Source: Bdellovibrionota bacterium (lineage in GTDB: Bacteria > Bdellovibrionota_C > UBA2361 > CALJRW01). From it: a DNA stretch of 64,000 nt. Position 1 is the stretch's first letter, and every line of letters starts with the position of its first letter. The stretch spans positions 64,001 to 128,000 of the forward strand of contig JBGSMD010000030.1 in the NCBI GenBank assembly GCA_041740355.1. Direction: 5' to 3'. The notes beneath the pieces are model-generated. The model made no database searches and was not told the origin of the DNA. It saw only the letters and a program-made list of their open reading frames with translations. This document shows, one piece after another, positions 11,464 through 21,758 of this stretch. Made by a program: the position numbers and the translations under genes.

Positions 11464-11482
11464 AAAGAAAGTTGACTGCCTT

Positions 11483-12223
11483 ATGCCAAAAAAAATAATT
11501 CTGACCAGAAGTACTGAAGATAATCAAGTTTTGGCTAAGCAGTTATTAGCATTAAATTATAGTGTTATCGAGTTTCCGGCAATTAAAATTGTAGATAACT
11601 TCAATTTAAATCAAGCAATCCAAGTTGAACAATATGATTGTTTAGTTTTTACCTCTGGGAAAGCAATTCAAGCCACAAGACGTTATTTTGAAAACCAGCA
11701 TGTAATTGTACCACAGACTACTTTGATTGCTGTTGTGGGACAAGCGTCGGCGAAAGTTTTTGAGGAATGTTTCCGAAGAAGACCAGAGATAGTAGCAAGA
11801 AATTCTAATAGCGAATCTTTAGTCGAAGATTTAATTCTTAAATTAGCTACTAAACAAAAAATTTTATTTTTAAGTGGCAATTTAAGCTTAGATATATTGC
11901 CTCGAAGATTGCGAGAACAAGGCTTTGCCGTAGATTTATTAGAAGTTTATCGTAATTTGATTCCAAAAGTTGAATTGCCTAGCCTAAGGGAAATATTGGC
12001 CGAGAATCCTGCAAATTTAATTTTTCCATTCTACAGCCCTTCAGCAGTGAATAATTGTATTATATTACTAGGTAATGACTCAGCTCTTTTGAATAAAGTT
12101 CAGATTATTAGTGTTGGTGCAAGAACAACTGCGCAGCTTTCAGTGCACCAACTTGTTCCAAAAGTTGAATTAACAAATCCTAATTCTCAAGATTTAATTT
12201 CTGCACTATTAACTCTTATTTAG
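11483..12223 (+). CDS. hemD: uroporphyrinogen-III synthase
   Basis: IILTRS, VFTS, VVG, VYRN, FYSPSAV, SVGARTT. ATG 11483 preferred. Confidence 0.88.
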   Translation: MPKKIILTRSTEDNQVLAKQLLALNYSVIEFPAIKIVDNFNLNQAIQVEQYDCLVFTSGKAIQATRRYFENQHVIVPQTTLIAVVGQASAKVFEECFRRRPEIVARNSNSESLVEDLILKLATKQKILFLSGNLSLDILPRRLREQGFAVDLLEVYRNLIPKVELPSLREILAENPANLIFPFYSPSAVNNCIILLGNDSALLNKVQIISVGARTTAQLSVHQLVPKVELTNPNSQDLISALLTLI

Positions 12224-12698
12224 GAAAGAGGATTGCTTGTGATTTAATAGATATCTTATCTTTCCAATAATCAATATAACGAGCAGTATTTTCTAGGTAT
12301 ATTTGGAATTCCTGATTTGTGATCCTTAAGCGTTTTTTGCCTTTATTTTGGATTGCAAAATCAGCATCTAGTAATACTGTTAGATGTTTTAAATTAGCAT
12401 TACGACTTTTCCAATTAATGTCACAAGTGTTAAGCTCGTATAAAATAAATGGGATAATGGACATTTCAGCGGAGTCTGACACTGAAGATGGAAAGCCACG
12501 AGATCCTAAATATTTTATAATTAGTTGGATTCGCTCGGCGCGCTTTTCCATTAATGGATCCAAAAAGATGATATATTTTGTATTTAGCTCTTGTTGGAGT
12601 AATTCAATAATCTCCTCAGCCGTAAACAAATCTCCCCAGATCCGAAATTTAATTTGATCAATAAGTTGAGAAAAAATATTAGAATTATTAGAAGCCAT
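12216..12698 (-). CDS. hypothetical protein
   Basis: 160-aa ORF, ATG start. Confidence 0.55.
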   Translation of the reverse strand: MASNNSNIFSQLIDQIKFRIWGDLFTAEEIIELLQQELNTKYIIFLDPLMEKRAERIQLIIKYLGSRGFPSSVSDSAEMSIIPFILYELNTCDINWKSRNANLKHLTVLLDADFAIQNKGKKRLRITNQEFQIYLENTARYIDYWKDKISIKSQAILFPK

Positions 12699-12879
12699 AG
12701 GGGAGAAAAAACCTTAACTATGATTATTTTATGGCTAAATTGAGAAATAGTACAGACATTGAATTAAGCTTGATAAAGATCACACAAAAATTCGCAACTC
12801 CCAGTATATAAATAAGAGTGAGTCTTATGCCGATGCTGTGAGTATTTACAGTAATAAATCTTCCCTATATATTAGCAAA

Positions 12880-14160
12880 ATGATTGATTTAAACCACTTA
12901 CGAACAAACCCCGAATTATATGAAGCTGCCTGTAAAAGCAAAGGTGTCAATTTTAATATAACTGAGTTTTTAGAACTCGATCGGGAGTACCGTGTTTCCA
13001 AACAAAAAGCAGAAGAGATGCGTTCTCGTCAAAATGCCGTTAGTAAAGAAATGCCCAAACTTACAGGCCTTGCCAAGGAATCTAAGTTAATGGAAATGAA
13101 ACAACTGGCTAATGAGTTAAAAGATTTTTCAACAAATCTGGGAGAGTTAGAAACTAAATGGGGGCGCATGCAACTGCTAATCCCAGCGGTGCCTTTAGCC
13201 ACAGTTCCCCATGGTGTGACGGACGCAGATAATGTGGAAAGAAGAACTTGGGGGACAATTCCAGAATTTGATTATGAAATTAGAGATCATGTTGCCTTAG
13301 GAGATCTTTTAGATATTATTGATATTCCACGTGGAGTTAAAGTTGCTGGCGCTCGTAATTACTTTTTGAAAGGTGCTGGGGCAATGATGCAACACGCGAT
13401 TCTTTCACTAGCGATGGAGGTACTTGAGCAGGAAAATTATACAATCATGGATTGCCCACACTTAGTCTTAAAAGAAAGTATGGAAGGAACCGGGTATTTT
13501 CCTGGTGGTGAAGAAATGGCATTTCATTTGGATAGTCGTGACGACAATCATTATTTGATTGGTACTTCTGAAGTTTCTGTTTGTTCCTATCACAAAGATG
13601 AGATTTTAGATCTAGCAGAATTGCCCTTAAGATATGCTGGTTATTCACCTTGTTATCGCCGTGAAGCAGGTACTTATGGAAAGGATACTCATGGTTTGTA
13701 TCGAGTGCACCAGTTCTATAAAGTAGAGCAAGTTGTGATCTGCAAAGCCTGTCCCGAGGAATCAGCCCGTTTACATCAAGAGTTGTTAAATAATGCGGAG
13801 AAAGTTTTACAGCTTTTAGAATTACCATATCGTGTAGTTGATGTTTGTACTGGTGATATGGGCCAAGGACAAGTTTATAAAAATGATATCGAAGTTTGGA
13901 TGCCATCAAGAAAGGCTTATGGCGAAACTCATAGCTGTTCTACGTTCTATGACTTTCAAGCAAGACGTTTGAAGTTAAGATACAAAGATCAAGATGGTAA
14001 TAATGTACTTTGCCATACACTTAATAATACTTGCGTAGCTTCCCCTCGAATTTTAATTCCACTTCTTGAACTGAATCAAAATGAAGATGGCAGTATTAAT
14101 ATCCCAAAAGCTTTGCAAAAGTTTATGGGTGGAAAAACAGTAATTAAACCAAAGAATTAA
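12880..14160 (+). CDS. serS: serine--tRNA ligase
   Basis: N-terminal coiled coil, LIGTSEV, CYRREAG, LYRVHQFYKVE, DFQARRL, HTLNNT. ATG 12880 preferred. Confidence 0.98.
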   Translation: MIDLNHLRTNPELYEAACKSKGVNFNITEFLELDREYRVSKQKAEEMRSRQNAVSKEMPKLTGLAKESKLMEMKQLANELKDFSTNLGELETKWGRMQLLIPAVPLATVPHGVTDADNVERRTWGTIPEFDYEIRDHVALGDLLDIIDIPRGVKVAGARNYFLKGAGAMMQHAILSLAMEVLEQENYTIMDCPHLVLKESMEGTGYFPGGEEMAFHLDSRDDNHYLIGTSEVSVCSYHKDEILDLAELPLRYAGYSPCYRREAGTYGKDTHGLYRVHQFYKVEQVVICKACPEESARLHQELLNNAEKVLQLLELPYRVVDVCTGDMGQGQVYKNDIEVWMPSRKAYGETHSCSTFYDFQARRLKLRYKDQDGNNVLCHTLNNTCVASPRILIPLLELNQNEDGSINIPKALQKFMGGKTVIKPKN

Positions 14161-14162
14161 AT

Positions 14163-14912
14163 TTGATTGCAACAAGCCAAGCTCTGATCAAATCATTTGC
14201 AGATTTACATGCCAAGAAGATAGGCTTGCTCGGAGGAACTTTCGATCCTCCGCATTATGGGCATCTGCAAATTGCTAAGGAGAATAAAAAACGTTACCAA
14301 TTAGATTGTGTCGTCTTTATTCCAGCAAAGAAAAATCCACTTAAAGATTCCGGGCCGATTGCCAGTGATGCGGAGCGAATTAGAATGCTTGAATTGTTAG
14401 TTGCAGGAGAAGAAGGTTTGTTTGTTTCAAATTTAGAAGTTATTAGTTCAGAGCCATCATTCACTTTTAATACACTTCAAAAAATCAAATCGGAAATAGA
14501 CCCCAAGGCAGAATTACACTTAATTTTAGGTACTGATAACCTTTTCGACCAAAATGGCAAACATACTTCTCTGCCTTACTGGAAAAATATGTCGGAGATT
14601 TTTAAATTAGCTAATTTAAGTTTTGTAGCCCGAGATAGTTTTAAACCAGAAGAGCTAAGTTTAGTTGATCGCGAAAAATATAGTTTAGAGGAATGGCAAG
14701 AAATTGAAAGAAATATAATCCCCTTAAACTTATCAATCTCAGCAACTCAGATTAGAACAGGCATCTATCAGCCAGATTTCCCAAAAGATATCCTCCCAGT
14801 AAAAGTGTCTGATTACATTACTGCTAATAAAATTTATCTGCCCAAGGCAAATAAATTATCTAAAGCTTTGCTTCAATTTCCTAAGTTTTCTGTCCATAAT
14901 GACGACCTGTAG
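14163..14912 (+). CDS. nadD: nicotinate-nucleotide adenylyltransferase
   Basis: GGTFDPPHYGH, LGTDN, ISATQIR. Confidence 0.93.
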   Translation: MIATSQALIKSFADLHAKKIGLLGGTFDPPHYGHLQIAKENKKRYQLDCVVFIPAKKNPLKDSGPIASDAERIRMLELLVAGEEGLFVSNLEVISSEPSFTFNTLQKIKSEIDPKAELHLILGTDNLFDQNGKHTSLPYWKNMSEIFKLANLSFVARDSFKPEELSLVDREKYSLEEWQEIERNIIPLNLSISATQIRTGIYQPDFPKDILPVKVSDYITANKIYLPKANKLSKALLQFPKFSVHNDDL

Positions 14913-15618
14913 ACTCTTTGAATTCTTTACGAAATTGTTTAATATTTTTCAGTCTTGGCATTACCGCACGATTCCATTTCGATTTAGTTTTTTTTAAGTC
15001 AGCAATTATCTCCGGTTCATATTTGCCAAATTGAGAATTCTCAAATTCACGGCTAAGTTTGCGAATAGTATTTAAGCGAATTTGAAGACCCGGTGGTAAC
15101 TTCCCATTGTACCCAATAACTACACGCAGATCATCTTTGAAATGCTTTTTTAGATCTTTCAATGTTTTAGATACTACTAGAATATATTCAGTTCTTAGGG
15201 CACCAACGAAACGTAGTGTTTCACCCGAAGCTTTGTTAAGTAGATCAGGAGTAATGATTGGTTGTAATTGTGAAAGTAATTTGTGAACTGAGTGGTGGTC
15301 TTTCCAATTATGATGAAAATCAATTACATCTAACAAAAGCTTCTGAACTTGTGGATTGTTAATTAACTTTGGCTGCTTAATAATTATAGATGCAATTTTA
15401 TCTGTTACTAATTCTGATTTACCAGTTAATTTATTCCTTATTGAATGATCGTAGTGAGGTAGCTGTTGGAGCTCGTGAATAGCCGCTACAAAACTTCTCT
15501 GACGTAAGTCTTGAGGACTAGCAGCTTCAATAATTCGGACACCAAGTCTAGGTTCTTCTTTGGTAGTTTTAGCTTCACTTAGACTCTGATGAGCTCTATG
15601 TAATACCTTTAAAATCAT
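14881..15618 (-). CDS. basic hypothetical protein
   Basis: Long ORF, ATG at 15618; 3' end overlaps nadD by 32 bp. Confidence 0.55.
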   Translation of the reverse strand: MILKVLHRAHQSLSEAKTTKEEPRLGVRIIEAASPQDLRQRSFVAAIHELQQLPHYDHSIRNKLTGKSELVTDKIASIIIKQPKLINNPQVQKLLLDVIDFHHNWKDHHSVHKLLSQLQPIITPDLLNKASGETLRFVGALRTEYILVVSKTLKDLKKHFKDDLRVVIGYNGKLPPGLQIRLNTIRKLSREFENSQFGKYEPEIIADLKKTKSKWNRAVMPRLKNIKQFRKEFKESTGRHYGQKT

Positions 15619-15922
15619 AACTTCATTTTTTAAAAAATTTAACCTTCTCAAATTAGAGAATGATTTTTAATAAGAATGTACATCGCGTTCTAAGTAACGC
15701 GGAGTAGTATATCTGTTATTAAATTATTAAGGAATAATGTGTGGTTTAAACTAGATTAAATTTAAATTTTCCTAAGAGAGACTTAACAGCTTGAAATAAC
15801 TAGATAAATCAATATGCATTCCTGATAAGTTGAGTCTGTGAATGTCGTAATCCAAATTACTTATTTTCTATTCAATTTTTAGCCTGTATTGCAAGGGCTA
15901 GTTTTCTAGGCATTAAGATGAT

Positions 15923-15975
15923 TATAGTTATTACAAAAAGTCATTCCCTATGGAACGAACTTTTTGGACTCTATA
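15923..15975. repeat. Correia-like palindromic element (hybrid ends)
   Basis: TATAGTTATTACAAAAAGT ... ACTTTTTGGACTCTATA; similar to 47771-47824. Confidence 0.75.
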
Positions 15976-15977
15976 TG

Positions 15978-16105
15978 AGACCTGCTTAAAATCTCATTTT
16001 TTTACGAGGCCAGCAATTTTGCAAATTTTAACTTACTGAATTTATTAAATCTTATTTTTGCAAAATTGCTATCCTGATTAACAATCAAGGGTTTTAAGCA
16101 TGTCT
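15978..16105. mobile_element. 128-bp MITE-like element
   Basis: Terminal IRs AGACCTGCTTAAAA / TTTTAAGCATGTCT (13/14) and perfect internal IR AGCAATTTTGCAAA / TTTGCAAAATTGCT. Confidence 0.65.
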
Positions 16106-16170
16106 TACTATATAACTTTAGTTTCTTGTGAAGCTTTAAGCTTTTAAAGATAAATGTTAAATTACTTTTT

Positions 16171-17211
16171 ATGCTTTCAGAATCATTACTAATTAAATCA
16201 TATCGAGGTCAACCTGTTCCCAGACCACCAATTTGGCTAATGCGTCAGGCGGGACGTTACTTGCCGGAATATTTAGCAGTTCGAGCTAAGTATTCAATTA
16301 ACGAGGTAATAAATAATCCCGACCTTGCTTTTGAAGTTACAATGCAACCTATCCGTCGCTTTGGTTTTGATGCCTCAATTGTTTTTGCTGATTTACTAAC
16401 ACCACTTCAAGGTTTGGGTTTTAAATTTGATTTTTTAGAATCTATTGGACCAAAGCTGGAAGCACCAATTAAGGATGTTCGTGACCTAGAAAGGCTTACT
16501 ACATTTATACCAGAAGAAGCTGTGGCTGGAACTTTGGATGCGATTAAATTACTATCTGCCGAGCTGCAAAAAACATCCACACCTTTAATTGGTTTTGCTG
16601 GAGCGCCATTTACGGTGTCTTCCTATTTAATTGAGGGGAAGAGTAATCCGAAGCTAAATCTTACCAAAAAATTCTTTTTTGAAAATCCTGAGGCTTGGGC
16701 AAAATTGCAGGAACATCTGGTCGTGGCCTTAACAGATTACCTTCTGGCTCAAGTCCAAGCTGGATGCCAAGCATTACAAATCTTTGATTCTTGGTTGGGT
16801 GGAATGAGTCTCCGGCAATATCAAATTTTTGTTAAACCTTATTTGGAAAAATTAATTACTAACTTAAAAGCTAAGACCGATTGCCCAATTGTTTTTTTTG
16901 GAACTGGACTTTATCATTTATCTTCAGAGCTAAAGAATCTAAATGTGGAATGTCAGGGGGTGGATTGGAGACAAAGTTTAACAGTTGCCACTCAAGCCCT
17001 TGGTGGTAAATTTTGTTTACAAGGTAACCTTGATCCACTAATGCTTTTTGCCGACTGGCAGCAAATCGAAATTGAAGTTGATCAGATCTTACGAGAAGCA
17101 GAAGGACTTTCTGGATTTGTTTTCAATTTAGGACATGGAATTCTTCCACAGACTCCGATTGCTAATGTGGAAAAGTTGGTCGAAAAACTTAAAAATTACG
17201 GCTCTAGATAA
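16171..17211 (+). CDS. hemE: uroporphyrinogen decarboxylase
   Basis: PIWLMRQAGRYLPEY, IGFAGAPFT, QIFDSW, FNLGHGI. Confidence 0.98.
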   Translation: MLSESLLIKSYRGQPVPRPPIWLMRQAGRYLPEYLAVRAKYSINEVINNPDLAFEVTMQPIRRFGFDASIVFADLLTPLQGLGFKFDFLESIGPKLEAPIKDVRDLERLTTFIPEEAVAGTLDAIKLLSAELQKTSTPLIGFAGAPFTVSSYLIEGKSNPKLNLTKKFFFENPEAWAKLQEHLVVALTDYLLAQVQAGCQALQIFDSWLGGMSLRQYQIFVKPYLEKLITNLKAKTDCPIVFFGTGLYHLSSELKNLNVECQGVDWRQSLTVATQALGGKFCLQGNLDPLMLFADWQQIEIEVDQILREAEGLSGFVFNLGHGILPQTPIANVEKLVEKLKNYGSR

Positions 17212-17849
17212 TGATACAAATTGAAACTATAGAAGTAACTCCAATTCAACAAAATTGTCGGGTTGTCTATGACACTGAAAGTAAATCAGCCGTAGTTGTT
17301 GATCCTGGTGGAGACGTAGATTTAATCGTTAATTTCCTTAATTCCCAAAGCTTGAAATTAGAAGCAATTTGGTTAACTCACTCGCATTATGATCATTGTG
17401 GGGGTGTTGCCACGTTACTTAAGAAATTACCAGTTAAGTTATTTGGACATATCGAAGGTCGTTTGTTTCGTGAAGCTGTAGAGTATTCTGCTTCCCGCTT
17501 TGGTGGACGAGCAAAGGATATGAGTAATTGCCCTGAGCCTGATGTTTATCTAAATGAAGGGGACAATCTTCAAGTTGGTGGACATAAATTTCAAGTATTT
17601 TACACACCGGGACATGCACCTGACCATCTAGTTTTTTATTATCAACCACAAAACACCCTAATTGCAGGGGACACGGTCTTTCGTCAGTCAATAGGTCGAA
17701 CAGATTTACCAGGTGGAAACTATCAGTTGTTAATTGAGAGTATCCGTAATAAAATCCTAACACTACCTGAGAAAACCGAGATCTTACCTGGCCATGGTCC
17801 AAACACAACTGTTGGCTTCGAAAAATCCTATAATCAATTTTTAAGGTAA
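17211..17849 (+). CDS. MBL-fold metallo-hydrolase (glyoxalase II / YcbL-like)
   Basis: THSHYDHCGG, TPGHAPDH, GDTVF..SIGRTDLPGG, PGHG. Confidence 0.93.
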   Translation: MIQIETIEVTPIQQNCRVVYDTESKSAVVVDPGGDVDLIVNFLNSQSLKLEAIWLTHSHYDHCGGVATLLKKLPVKLFGHIEGRLFREAVEYSASRFGGRAKDMSNCPEPDVYLNEGDNLQVGGHKFQVFYTPGHAPDHLVFYYQPQNTLIAGDTVFRQSIGRTDLPGGNYQLLIESIRNKILTLPEKTEILPGHGPNTTVGFEKSYNQFLR

Positions 17850-17955
17850 TCAGGTTAGACTTAAATTCAGTCTTTAGTGCCTAGATTGCACTATGCTTAT
17901 GAGAGTCTCCAAAGGAGATCTGTTAAAGAAATTTTATTCAGTAAATTAAATAGTT

Positions 17956-19164
17956 ATGGCTTATTCACATGTTGGTAGAAATAAAGTTTTACTAGGAGTT
18001 TCTGGCTCAATCGCAGCTTACAAAGCCCTAGAGTTAGTGCGTTTGCTTGTTAAGCGTGGATTAGAAGTCAAAGTAATTATGACGCAGTCAGCAGAAGAGT
18101 TTATTCGTCCGCTTAGCTTTGAAACGTTAACAAAAAATCCCGTAGTAACTTCTTTATGGGATCCCTTGGCGTCAGACTCAATTAATCATGTGGAGTTGGG
18201 CTCATGGGCCGATGTCTTTGCAATTGTTCCAGCTACGGCAGAAACAATTTCCGGCTTGGCTTATGGACAAGCGAATAATGAGATCTTGGCCACTGCTCTA
18301 ATTACTAGGGTTCCGATGATGATTGCGCCAGCCATGAATACGAATATGTATACTCATCCAGCAACACAAGCGAACTTGCAGATTCTTAAATCACGAGGAG
18401 TTGAAGTAATTGAACCAATCGAAGGGGACTTAGCCTGTGGATGGAATGGAACTGGATGCTTAGCGGATGTCTATGAAATCCAGTATCGAATCTTAAGAGC
18501 TTTAACAGTTCATGATTATGCAGATAAGAAAATTGTTATTACTGCTGGGCCAACTAGAGAGATGATTGATCCAGTACGATTCATGACAAACCGCTCTTCC
18601 GGTAAGATGGGGATAGCATTAGCTAAAGAAGCATATTTAAGAGGAGCCGATGTTGAATTGATTCATGGACCAATTCACGTTCGGGTTCCTGCTGGCATAA
18701 AGTTAACTCCTGTGCTTTCCGCTGATGATATGAAGGAAGCAGTTCTTAATTCCTTTACTCCCGAAGTTGATATCGTAGTAATGGCAGCAGCAGTAGCTGA
18801 TTACAAACCAAAACATGCCGAAGATTCTAAGATTAAGAAAACTGGGGACTGGAAGAGTCTGGAACTAGTGCCAAATGATGATATCTTGCAAGTGCTTGGA
18901 GAGAAACGTGGTAAAGATGGTAGTCCAAAGTTAGTTGGCTTTGCCGTGGAAACATGTGATGAAGAGCAATTAATCGAGTTTGTTCATCAAAAAATTGCCC
19001 GTAAAAAAGTTGATTTAATAGTTGGAAATTTGGCGCATGAATCTTTAGATCGCGAAACTAATCATGTTTGGATTGTTGATAAGATTGGAAGAAGTGAGGA
19101 GGTATCTACTACATACAAAAGTAGAATTGCCCGAAAGATATTAGACTTTGTTCATAAGTTATAG
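17956..19164 (+). CDS. coaBC: bifunctional phosphopantothenoylcysteine decarboxylase/ligase
   Basis: GVSGSIAAYK, APAMNTNM, LACG, TAGPTREMIDPVRFMTNRSSGKMG. Confidence 0.97.
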   Translation: MAYSHVGRNKVLLGVSGSIAAYKALELVRLLVKRGLEVKVIMTQSAEEFIRPLSFETLTKNPVVTSLWDPLASDSINHVELGSWADVFAIVPATAETISGLAYGQANNEILATALITRVPMMIAPAMNTNMYTHPATQANLQILKSRGVEVIEPIEGDLACGWNGTGCLADVYEIQYRILRALTVHDYADKKIVITAGPTREMIDPVRFMTNRSSGKMGIALAKEAYLRGADVELIHGPIHVRVPAGIKLTPVLSADDMKEAVLNSFTPEVDIVVMAAAVADYKPKHAEDSKIKKTGDWKSLELVPNDDILQVLGEKRGKDGSPKLVGFAVETCDEEQLIEFVHQKIARKKVDLIVGNLAHESLDRETNHVWIVDKIGRSEEVSTTYKSRIARKILDFVHKL

Positions 19165-19169
19165 CCTTA

Positions 19170-19676
19170 ATGGAAGATATCGAGACTCAATTAATTACAA
19201 GTTCTAAATATTACTTTGCGGATTATCCGGAAGGAATACCCTTAGAATTAATGCTCAAGGCGCAAACTACTGCCAAAGAAAAGGCTAGAAATTTAGTTGC
19301 TAGTCAAAAAACAGAATTAACGCCTTTCATTTTTTTAGTTGATTTTCAGAATACAAGTAATCCGGCGAGCCAAGAGTTAACTATTTTCTTAGATCAGATC
19401 ATTAATCAGGGGTTAAATTTACAGACTCCTAATTATCAAATCATTACAATCGAAAAATTTGATCCAAAAATTTACAATGAATGCTCACGACTACTAGTAG
19501 TCTTTGGTGCGGAGTCATTGCTAAGACTCTCGATTAAACGTGAGTTTTCGAAAGTACGTAACCTAATTATTCCCAGAGAAAGATTTGATTTATTAATTAC
19601 TGATAGTTTGTCTGAAATTAAAAATAACCCAAAAATCAAAAAACAATTTTGGGAGGTTTTAAAAAAATATGCTTAA
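19170..19676 (+). CDS. hypothetical protein, possibly a degenerate uracil-DNA-glycosylase-fold / HolD(psi)-like protein
   Basis: Lies between coaBC and nfeD; LVVFG and C-terminal SLSEIKNNPKIKKQFWEVLK resemble the UDG family 4 / psi C-terminus; catalytic motifs absent. Confidence 0.5.
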   Translation: MEDIETQLITSSKYYFADYPEGIPLELMLKAQTTAKEKARNLVASQKTELTPFIFLVDFQNTSNPASQELTIFLDQIINQGLNLQTPNYQIITIEKFDPKIYNECSRLLVVFGAESLLRLSIKREFSKVRNLIIPRERFDLLITDSLSEIKNNPKIKKQFWEVLKKYA

Positions 19677-20964
19677 ATTTATTTTAAATTTATTTTTAAT
19701 TTTTTTACTGCCGGGATTGGTAATGGCAGCTCCTCAACCACATGTCGCTTTAGTCGACATGGATATGATGATTTTGCCCGGCACCCAGGGTTATTTAGAG
19801 AATAGCATTCAGCAGGCTAAAACTAGTGGAGCTAAGTTAATTATCCTTAAATTAAATACTCCAGGTGGAATAATTCAAACTTCCCAAGAAATGATTCAAG
19901 GTATTTTTGAATCACCAGTCCCAATCGTAGTTTTTGTCTCACCAACCGGGGCGACTGCTACTTCCGCTGGAGTTTTTATTACGATGGCTGGACATGTCGC
20001 AGCAATGTCTCCGGGAACAAGTATCGGAGCTGCTCATCCAGTAAGTGGAGAAGGTAAAGATATCGAAGGTGATATGCGCCTGAAAACCGAGAACATGACA
20101 ATCGCTATGGTCAAATCAATTAGTGAACGGCGTGGTCGAAACGTTGAATGGGCAGAAGATTCCGTGAAAAATAGTTCTTCAATTACTGCCAATGAAGCAC
20201 TGTCCAAGAAAGTAATTGATTTTGTGGCTAAAGACTTATTGGACCTTCTAAAACAACTTAGTGGGAAAAAAATCATTTTAAAGGATCAAGAATTTAAAAT
20301 TGAAGATTATTCAGAGCTACCAATCGTTGAGTATCAAATGTCTTTTAAAAATAAAGTGATTAATGTCATGTCCAATCCAAGTGTGGCTGCTCTCCTCTGG
20401 CTTGGAGCGACAACGGGACTTTCGATTGAGTTGTATAGTCCAGGAGCAATCTTACCAGGAGTTGTTGGAATTATCTGCTTAATTTTAGCCTTAGCTGTAA
20501 TGCAAATTATACCAATTACGCAAACTGGAATGATCTTGTTCGGAGTAGGAGCTTTGATGTTAGCTTCGGAAATGTTTATTCCTAGTGGAATTCTTGCTAT
20601 CGGAGGAATAATTGCGATGGTTCTTGGGTCGATTTATCTGATCGATCCAACAGCAGCACCCGGCCTTTCCGTTAATTTAAATTTAGTTATTCCGGTGGCG
20701 GTTTGTGCTGGTATAATTGTTCTTTGGATTATGAGAGAACTACTTAACGTTAAGAATAACTCAGCAGTGACCGGAATGCCAACCTTAGTTGGGGAAAGAA
20801 CCGTTATTGACGAAAATTATTTGAAGAGAGAGACAATTTTTATAAATGGGGAAATTTGGAAAGTTGAGTTGCAAAATGACTCGCCACCAGTGATAGAAAA
20901 TGATACGGTAGAGGTGCTCGAAGTTAAAGATGGGCTAATCTTAGTAGTCAAAAAAGTTGAGTAA
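19669..20964 (+). CDS. nfeD: NfeD family membrane-bound serine protease (ClpP-like domain, TM domain, OB fold)
   Basis: LNTPGG, ATSAG, IGAAHPV, RGRNVEWAE, ELYSPG, INGEIWK. Confidence 0.93.
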   Translation: MLKFILNLFLIFLLPGLVMAAPQPHVALVDMDMMILPGTQGYLENSIQQAKTSGAKLIILKLNTPGGIIQTSQEMIQGIFESPVPIVVFVSPTGATATSAGVFITMAGHVAAMSPGTSIGAAHPVSGEGKDIEGDMRLKTENMTIAMVKSISERRGRNVEWAEDSVKNSSSITANEALSKKVIDFVAKDLLDLLKQLSGKKIILKDQEFKIEDYSELPIVEYQMSFKNKVINVMSNPSVAALLWLGATTGLSIELYSPGAILPGVVGIICLILALAVMQIIPITQTGMILFGVGALMLASEMFIPSGILAIGGIIAMVLGSIYLIDPTAAPGLSVNLNLVIPVAVCAGIIVLWIMRELLNVKNNSAVTGMPTLVGERTVIDENYLKRETIFINGEIWKVELQNDSPPVIENDTVEVLEVKDGLILVVKKVE

Positions 20965-21007
20965 TGTCATTTTCTCAATCAAAAATGGATTTAAAAAATA
21001 AAAAAAT

Positions 21008-21751
21008 ATGGGAACCACATTAATTATATTAGCAGTTTTTCTAGTAATTGTTTTTATGAACACAGTTCATGTTCTTCCTGAATATGAAAGGGCTGTAGTA
21101 TTTACACTGGGAAGATTAGGGGGTCTAAAAGGTCCAGGATTAATTATTGTTGTGCCGTTCTTTCAAAAAATTGTTCGTATTGATATTCGAACAATTACTA
21201 TGGATGTTCCTTCGCAAGATATTATTACAAAAGATAACATTACTGTTAAAGTAAATGCTGTGCTTTATTACCGAGTAGTAGATCCTTCAAAAGCTTTAGT
21301 GCAAGTCGAAGACTATCACTACGCTACAAATCAATTAGCACAGACAACGCTTCGAAGTGTATGTGGTGAGGTGGAGTTAGACCAGTTGCTTTCCGAACGA
21401 GATGACATTAACCAAAGAATTCAAACAATCATTGATAAGCAAACAGATCCATGGGGAGTAAAAATTTCTTTAGTAGAAATTAAGAACATCGATTTGCCAC
21501 AAGAGATGCAAAGAGCGATGGCTAAACAAGCTGAAGCTGAAAGAGAAAGAAGAGCAAAAGTTATTCAAGCGGAAGGGGAGTACCAAGCTGCTACTAAACT
21601 AACCGAAGCTGCTGCCATTATGGCAACTGAGCCAATTACAATTCAGCTGCGCTACTTAGAGACTCTTCGAGATATTTCTGCGGAGAATAGTTCAACGGTT
21701 CTTTTTCCGATTCCATTAGATTTCATGAGAGCCTTCATGGATAAGAAGTAG
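21008..21751 (+). CDS. slipin / SPFH (stomatin-like) protein
   Basis: [43 protein letters not shown]; follows nfeD. Confidence 0.96.
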   Translation: MGTTLIILAVFLVIVFMNTVHVLPEYERAVVFTLGRLGGLKGPGLIIVVPFFQKIVRIDIRTITMDVPSQDIITKDNITVKVNAVLYYRVVDPSKALVQVEDYHYATNQLAQTTLRSVCGEVELDQLLSERDDINQRIQTIIDKQTDPWGVKISLVEIKNIDLPQEMQRAMAKQAEAERERRAKVIQAEGEYQAATKLTEAAAIMATEPITIQLRYLETLRDISAENSSTVLFPIPLDFMRAFMDKK

Positions 21752-21758
21752 GTCAAAG

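Noticed and set aside
17850-17955. Small hairpins upstream of coaBC as a possible riboswitch or ncRNA
   Set aside because: Stems are only 5-6 bp and match no motif I recognise.
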